From assembly GCA_039683575.1 (NCBI GenBank), contig JBDKRC010000321.1, forward strand, positions 1-12,647: 12,647 bases of DNA. Reading direction: 5' to 3'. The translations under genes and the position numbers were made by a program. Source of the DNA: Armatimonadia bacterium. GTDB taxonomy: Bacteria; Armatimonadota; Zipacnadia; Zipacnadales; UBA11051. Shown here piece by piece: positions 8,113-12,647 of this stretch. A model generated the notes under the pieces. That model had not been told where the DNA came from and made no database searches. It saw only the letters and a list, made by a program, of their open reading frames with translations. The number at the start of each line of letters is the position of its first letter. Position 1 is the first letter of the stretch.

Positions 8113-8916
8113 TCACGTCCGTACGACAATACCCCGCGCCGCCAGCTCCTTCTTTACGTCGGCTACCGTTACTTCCCCGAAGTGGAAGATGCTCGCCGCC
8201 AGTACTGCGTCGGCTTTGCCGAGCGTCAGCGCGTCGTACATGTGGTCAATGCTGCCTGCGCCGCCGCTGGCTATTACCGGGATGCTGGCCTTTTCGGAGA
8301 TGCGGCGGAGAAGCTCGAGGTCGTAGCCACCCTTGGTGCCATCTGCATCCATGCTGGTGACCAGAAGCTCGCCTGCGCCGCGTTGTTGGGCTTCCTCGGC
8401 CCACTTGAGGGCATCAATCGTGGTCGGCTCGTGGCCGCCGTGGGTGTAGATGACCCAGTCGATGTCCTCGTCGGGGGCGCAGGGCAGGCAGCTATCGTCG
8501 CGGCCCTCTTTGGGTACGCGGCGGGCGTCTATGGCCACCACGATGCACTGGCTGCCGAAGCGCTCGGCGCCGCGGTTGATGAGGTCCGGGTCCTTGATGG
8601 CAGCGGTCATGATCGAGGTCTTGTCCGCGCCGGCCTTGAGGATCTCGCGGATGTCCTCAACAGTGCGGACGCCGCCGCCGACCGTGAAGGGGATGAAGAC
8701 CTGTTCGGCCACGCGCCGGACGATGTCCAGCATGATATTCCGGGCGTCGAGTGAGGCCGTGATGTCCAGGAAGACCAGTTCATCGGCGCCCTGGCGGTCA
8801 TAGTTGGCAGCCTGCTCGACGGGATCGCCGGCGTCCACGTGGTCAATGTACTTGACGCCCTTGACCACGCGGCCTTTGTTGACGTCGAGACAGGGAATGA
8901 TGCGTTTAGCTAACAT
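8113..8916 (-). CDS. hisF: Imidazole glycerol phosphate synthase cyclase subunit
   Basis: '[18 protein letters not shown]', '[13 protein letters not shown]', 'PFTVGGGVR', '[12 protein letters not shown]', '[20 protein letters not shown]', 'PVIASGGAG', 'LAASIFHF'. ATG 8916 chosen because GGAG at 8926-8923 gives a 6-nt spacing. Confidence 0.97.
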   Translation of the reverse strand: MLAKRIIPCLDVNKGRVVKGVKYIDHVDAGDPVEQAANYDRQGADELVFLDITASLDARNIMLDIVRRVAEQVFIPFTVGGGVRTVEDIREILKAGADKTSIMTAAIKDPDLINRGAERFGSQCIVVAIDARRVPKEGRDDSCLPCAPDEDIDWVIYTHGGHEPTTIDALKWAEEAQQRGAGELLVTSMDADGTKGGYDLELLRRISEKASIPVIASGGAGSIDHMYDALTLGKADAVLAASIFHFGEVTVADVKKELAARGIVVRT

Positions 8917-8933
8917 AATAAGCTCCAAAAATG

Positions 8934-9009
8934 CGCGTAGGCGGGTTCATCCCTGAACCCGCAGATGCAGTCGCGTAACGTGTGGGTGCGGGACGCACCT
9001 ACCTACGCG
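8934..9009. repeat. Inverted pair of GTAG-tagged REP-like hairpins between hisA and hisF
   Basis: Plus strand: GTAG (8937-8940) + GCGGGTTCA-TCCC-TGAACCCGC (8941-8962). Second hairpin GTGGGTGCG-GGA-CGCACCTAC (8982-9002) + CTAC (9003-9006, GTAG on minus). Outer inverted repeat CGCGTAGG/CCTACGCG. Confidence 0.65.
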
Positions 9010-9728
9010 GAGGCTGCGGCAATAGCTTCTCTCAGGTCCAGCGTCCCCTCATACAGCGCCTTGCCGGTGATCGCGGCGATGACGCCGAGCGGCTCCAGCG
9101 CCTTCAGCGCCACCACGTCCTCGAGCTTGCTGATGCCGCCGGAGGCGATGATTTCGCAGTCCACGGCCTCAGCCATGGTGCGGAGGCTCTCGATGTTGGG
9201 GCCGGTCATCATGCCATCAGTCGCGATGTCGGTGCAGATCAGGCGCTTGACGCCCAGATCCTGCATGGCTCGGGCGAGGTCGGTGGCGAGGATGTCGGAG
9301 GTCTCCGTCCACCCGGAAACGGCGACCTTGCCGTCGCGGGCATCAATGCCGATGATGATGCGGTCGCCGAACTCGGCCACCGCGGCCTCGACGGCCTCGC
9401 GGTGTCTTAGTGCGCTGGTGCCCATGATTGCCCAGTGGACGCCCAGGTCCAGCACCCGGCGGACATCAGCCACCGTGCGCAGACCGCCGCCAAGCTCAAC
9501 GGGGATGTCAATGGTTCTGACGATGGCCTCGATGCTCAGGAGGTTGGCTGAGACGCCGCCCATGGCGCCATCAAGGTCAACTACGTGTAGGATTTCAGCG
9601 CCCTGGCTGGCCCAGTGGCGGGCCATATCAGCGGGAGTGTCCGAGTAGATTGTCTGTTCGTTCATGTCGCCCTGGCGAAGGCGGACACACTTGCCTGCGG
9701 CCAGGTCGATGGCGGGGATGATCAGCAT
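9003..9728 (-). CDS. hisA: ProFAR isomerase
   Basis: 'MLIIPAIDL..GKCVRLRQG', 'LHVVDLDGA', 'VELGGGLR', 'GIDARDGKVAVSGW', 'TDIATDGMMTGPN', 'IASGGI', 'GKALYEG'. Confidence 0.97.
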   Translation of the reverse strand: MLIIPAIDLAAGKCVRLRQGDMNEQTIYSDTPADMARHWASQGAEILHVVDLDGAMGGVSANLLSIEAIVRTIDIPVELGGGLRTVADVRRVLDLGVHWAIMGTSALRHREAVEAAVAEFGDRIIIGIDARDGKVAVSGWTETSDILATDLARAMQDLGVKRLICTDIATDGMMTGPNIESLRTMAEAVDCEIIASGGISKLEDVVALKALEPLGVIAAITGKALYEGTLDLREAIAAASA

Positions 9729-9756
9729 TCAGTTACCAGTTTTCAGTTGTCAGTCC
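9722..9756. repeat. Degenerate 7-nt-period tandem repeat (YCAGnnn x5) abutting and overlapping the hisA start
   Basis: TCAGCAT TCAGTTA CCAGTTT TCAGTTG TCAGTCC starting at 9722, 9729, 9736, 9743 and 9750. Confidence 0.8.
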
Positions 9757-9775
9757 AAAACGATGAGGATAAGAG

Positions 9776-9800
9776 GTAGGAGCGCTCCCCCGAGCGCGAT
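9776..9800 (+). repeat. Single GTAG-tagged REP-like palindrome
   Basis: GTAG-GA-GCGCTC-CCCC-GAGCGC-GAT, located just downstream of the hisH stop codon. Confidence 0.6.
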
Positions 9801-9802
9801 TT

Positions 9803-10411
9803 CTACTGCGCCTCTACCTGCTTGCGGAAGTTCTCAAGGACCTTGAGGCCGACGTTCTGGCTCTTCTCCGGGTGCCATTGGCTGGCGAAGAGGTTGCCCC
9901 GCCGCACTGCGGAGGTAAACTCATAGCCGTAGTCGGTGACGGTGGCTGTCAGGCTGTCGTCGGCGGGCTCGACGTAGTAGGAGTGGACGAAGTAGGTCCA
10001 CGAACCGTCCTCGATGCCTTCGAGCAGCGGGCAGTCCTGCCGCTTGAAGATCTGATTCCAGCCAATCTGGGGGATCTTCAGGTCGTGCTTGAAGCGGACG
10101 ACCTTGCCGGGCAGGATGCCGAGCCCCGGGAGCTTGCCCTCTTCGGAGGATTCGAAGAGTACCTGCAGCCCCAGGCAGATGCCGATGAAGGGCTTGTCGG
10201 CGGCGGTGACAGCCTTGATGGCCGGGATGCAGCCGCTCTGCTCGAGGTTGATCATGCAGTCGTCAAAGGCCCCGACGCCGGGCAGCACGACCCCGTCAGC
10301 GGCCTCGATAGCCGCCGGGTCGGACGTCATGTTCACTTCGCAGCCAACCTTGAGTAGCGCCTTTTCAACGCTGCCGAGGTTGCCCATTCCGTAGTCAATC
10401 AGTGCAATCAT
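9803..10411 (-). CDS. hisH: Imidazole glycerol phosphate synthase glutaminase subunit
   Basis: 'MIALIDYGMGNLGSV', 'LPGVGAF', nucleophile elbow 'GICLGLQ', 'YFVHSYY', 'QWHPEKS'. ATG 10411 with AAGGA at 10422-10418. 202 aa. Confidence 0.97.
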   Translation of the reverse strand: MIALIDYGMGNLGSVEKALLKVGCEVNMTSDPAAIEAADGVVLPGVGAFDDCMINLEQSGCIPAIKAVTAADKPFIGICLGLQVLFESSEEGKLPGLGILPGKVVRFKHDLKIPQIGWNQIFKRQDCPLLEGIEDGSWTYFVHSYYVEPADDSLTATVTDYGYEFTSAVRRGNLFASQWHPEKSQNVGLKVLENFRKQVEAQ

Positions 10412-10444
10412 CGTAGGTCCTTGTGCGAATCGTCTCTTGTTCGA

Positions 10445-10554
10445 CTGTAGGGCGGGGGCTCCGTACCCCGCCGGTCGTTGTCTACGACTATCCCGTCGCC
10501 ACAAGCGGCGGGGTACGGAGCCCCCTGCGACGCAGACGTCGCCCCGCCCTACAG
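10445..10554. repeat. REPIN-like inverted doublet of GTAG-tagged REP units between hisB and hisH
   Basis: Unit GTAG-GGCGGGG-GCTCCGTA-CCCCGCC (10447-10472). Perfect 20-bp inverted repeat 10454-10473/10506-10525 and perfect 13-bp inverted repeat 10445-10457/10542-10554. Confidence 0.85.
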
Positions 10555-10560
10555 CAGAGG

Positions 10561-11151
10561 CTAAAGCGTCCCCTTCGTGGAGGGTACAGCGCCCTCCTGG
10601 CGCGGGTCGCGCTCGACGGCCATGCGCAGGGCGCGGCCGAAGGATTTGAAAGCCGATTCGGCGATGTGGTGGCTATTGAGCCCGGCCTGCTGCCATACGT
10701 GCAACGTCATCGCCGCGTTGGCTGAGACAGCGCGGAAGAACTCCAGCACCAGTTCGGTATCGAAGCTGCCGACCTTCTGGGTCGGGAACTTCAGCCCGTA
10801 CTCCAGGTGCACCCGCCCGGAGAGGTCAAGCGCAACACAGGCCAGCGCCTCGTCCAGCGGGCACATGGCGTCGCCGAAGCGCGTGATGCCCTTCTTATCG
10901 CCGATGGCCTGGGCGAGTGCCTGACCGAAGACGATGCCGACATCCTCGACGAGGTGGTGGTCGTCAACGTGCAGGTCGCCCGTGGCCTGGATACGCAGGT
11001 CAATCAGGCCGTGGCGTGCGATGTGGCTGAGCATGTGGTCGAAGAAACCCACGCCCGTGTTGATCTCGAACTTGCCGGAGCCGTCGAGATCGAGCCAGAG
11101 TTCAATCTGGGTCTCTTTGGTTTCGCGTTTGATGGTGGCCTGGCGGCTCAT
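10561..11151 (-). CDS. hisB: Imidazoleglycerol-phosphate dehydratase (monofunctional)
   Basis: 'RETKETQI', 'TGVGFFDHML', metal-binding motifs 'DDHHLVEDVG' and 'NSHHIAESAFK', C-terminal 'VPSTKGTL'. Confidence 0.97.
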   Translation of the reverse strand: MSRQATIKRETKETQIELWLDLDGSGKFEINTGVGFFDHMLSHIARHGLIDLRIQATGDLHVDDHHLVEDVGIVFGQALAQAIGDKKGITRFGDAMCPLDEALACVALDLSGRVHLEYGLKFPTQKVGSFDTELVLEFFRAVSANAAMTLHVWQQAGLNSHHIAESAFKSFGRALRMAVERDPRQEGAVPSTKGTL

Positions 11152-11177
11152 GGGAGGCGCCTTTCGTTGGGACAGGT

Positions 11178-11206
11178 ATTATCGTTCGCGTCATTGACCG
11201 CTTCAA
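11178..11206 (-). promoter_or_regulatory. Putative internal sigma70-type promoter upstream of hisB
   Basis: TTGAAG (11206-11201), 17-nt spacer, GATAAT (11183-11178); lies 26 nt upstream of the hisB ATG. Confidence 0.55.
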
Positions 11207-11209
11207 GTG

Positions 11210-11278
11210 TGTCATTCTGAGCGAAGCGAAGAATCTCGGTCCGTGGCAAGGGGATTCTTCGTTTAGCTCAGAATGACA
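11210..11278. repeat. TGTC/CGTC-class long palindromic repeat (hairpin) between hisD and hisB
   Basis: Arms TGTCATTCTGAGCGAAGCGAAGAATC (11210-11235) and GATTCTTCGTTTAGCTCAGAATGACA (11253-11278) are complementary at 24/26, with a 17-nt loop. Confidence 0.85.
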
Positions 11279-11293
11279 AGCCGTGGTAGCACC

Positions 11294-12601
11294 CTACGCG
11301 TCATGCAGGCGCTTGCGCACTGCCTCGGCGTGGGCGTAGAGGCCCTCGCCCTCGGCCAGCGTCATGACGTCCTTGCCAAGGCGCTGCAGGCCGCGCGGGT
11401 CGGCGTATACCAGGGATGACTTCTTGATGAAATCCTCTACCGAGAGCGGCGACGAGAAGCGTGCCGTGCCGTTGGTGGGCAGCACATGACTTGGCCCGGC
11501 CGCGTAGTCAGCCAGCGGCACCGTCGTCAGGTGCCCCAGGCAGACGCAGCCGGCGTTCTCGACCTCTCCGAGCAGGTCGAGCGGCTGGGTGACAGCCAGT
11601 TCGAGGTGTTCGGGCGCGATGTCGTTGCTGATCTCGACAGCCTGCTGTAGGTCCCGGACGATGGCAATCAGGCCATAGTCGCCGAGCGAACTGGAGGTTA
11701 GTTCCATGCGCGGCAGGGCGCTTAGTTGCCTATGCGCTTCTTCGCGGACGGCCTCGGCAAGCGCAGGCTCCGGCGTCAAGAGTATGACCAGGTTGTCCCC
11801 GGTGTGTTCCGCCTGGCTCAGCAGGTCCGCCGCCACCAGACGGGGATCGGAAGCCGCATCGGCGATGATCAAAGACTCGCTGGGGCCCGGAAGGGACTCG
11901 ATCCCGACCGTGCCGAAAACGTGCTTTTTGGCCATGATGACATAGGGGTTGCCGGGGCCAACGATCTTGTCCACCGGCTCGATCGTGTCGGTACCGTAAG
12001 CCATCGCCGCGATTGCCTGGGCCCCGCCCATGCGATAGACCTCGTCCACGCCACACTCGGCGGCTGCCACGAGCATCGTTGGGTGCAGCGAACCATCCTG
12101 CGAAGGCGCGGTGGCCAACACGAGGCGATTCACTCCGGCCACGCGAGCCGGGACGGCGCTCATGGCCAGCGTGGAGGGCAGCGGGGCCTTGCCTGCCGGC
12201 ACGTAGAGCCCGACGGCGTTTAGTGCAGTGACCTTTTGCCCCAACCACATGCCATCGAAGCTGTCGAACCACGATGAGGGCCGCAGACGCTCGTGGAAGG
12301 CGTAGATGTTCTCCTTCGCGCGGCGGAAGGCCCCGATCCACTCTGGGGTCACGCGCGCGTAGGCGGCTTCCATCTCTGCGTCACTGACGCGGAGCTTCTC
12401 TACTGTGAGCGTGGGGCAGTCGAACTGCCGCTCGTACTCGACCACAGCCCGGTCGCCGTCCTCGCGGACGCGGGCGACGATCTGCCGCGTCCGCTCCTCG
12501 ACCTCCGGGGGGAGATCGGCCAGCGAGCGGTGCCGGAGACCCTCAAGCAGAGCCGAAGACTGGCGGCGGACATCAACAATTTGGATTTTGCCGTCGCTCA
12601 T
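11294..12601 (-). CDS. hisD: Histidinol dehydrogenase
   Basis: 'GLYVPAG', 'GGAQAIAAMAYGT', 'DKIVGPGNPYV', 'GPSE', 'DLLSQAEH', 'APEHLE', 'DYAAGPSHVLPT'. RBS AGGAG 7 nt before the ATG. Confidence 0.98.
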   Translation of the reverse strand: MSDGKIQIVDVRRQSSALLEGLRHRSLADLPPEVEERTRQIVARVREDGDRAVVEYERQFDCPTLTVEKLRVSDAEMEAAYARVTPEWIGAFRRAKENIYAFHERLRPSSWFDSFDGMWLGQKVTALNAVGLYVPAGKAPLPSTLAMSAVPARVAGVNRLVLATAPSQDGSLHPTMLVAAAECGVDEVYRMGGAQAIAAMAYGTDTIEPVDKIVGPGNPYVIMAKKHVFGTVGIESLPGPSESLIIADAASDPRLVAADLLSQAEHTGDNLVILLTPEPALAEAVREEAHRQLSALPRMELTSSSLGDYGLIAIVRDLQQAVEISNDIAPEHLELAVTQPLDLLGEVENAGCVCLGHLTTVPLADYAAGPSHVLPTNGTARFSSPLSVEDFIKKSSLVYADPRGLQRLGKDVMTLAEGEGLYAHAEAVRKRLHDA

Positions 12602-12628
12602 GGGAGCGCTCCTGGGTGTGGCGTCGTG

Positions 12629-12647
12629 CTGTAGGGCGGGGGGGCCC
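12629..12647 (+). repeat. Start of another GTAG-tagged REP-like unit, cut by the window edge
   Basis: CTGTAGGGCGGGGG (12629-12642) is identical to 10445-10458. Confidence 0.7.

Noticed and set aside
12602-12613. 12-mer AGGAGCGCTCCC shared between the hisD RBS (minus strand) and 9778-9789 as an operator
   Set aside because: It is explained by an SD sequence at one site and a REP-like stem at the other; two short GC-rich matches are insufficient.

Overview
GC-rich bacterial window. A minus-strand histidine biosynthesis cluster (hisD-hisB-hisH-hisA-hisF-[GxxExxY]-hisI) is followed co-directionally by a large, probably exported TPR protein and a probably exported heparinase II/III-like polysaccharide lyase with discoidin-like and FN3-like modules. 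These converge on a 5'-truncated, non-pyrrolysine MttB-family methyltransferase on the plus strand. The most striking feature is non-coding. A lower-GC GxxExxY (PD-(D/E)xK-like) gene between hisF and hisI is bracketed by 42-bp inverted repeats (38/42 identical) built from CAGGAT units and ending in AGCT on both sides. It looks like a transposase-free insertion cassette, and removing it restores a compact hisF-hisI junction. Every other his intergenic gap also carries a palindromic or tandem repeat (GTAG-tagged REP-like units, a TGTC-tagged hairpin, a 7-nt-period array). All family assignments come from motif recognition by eye, not database searches.
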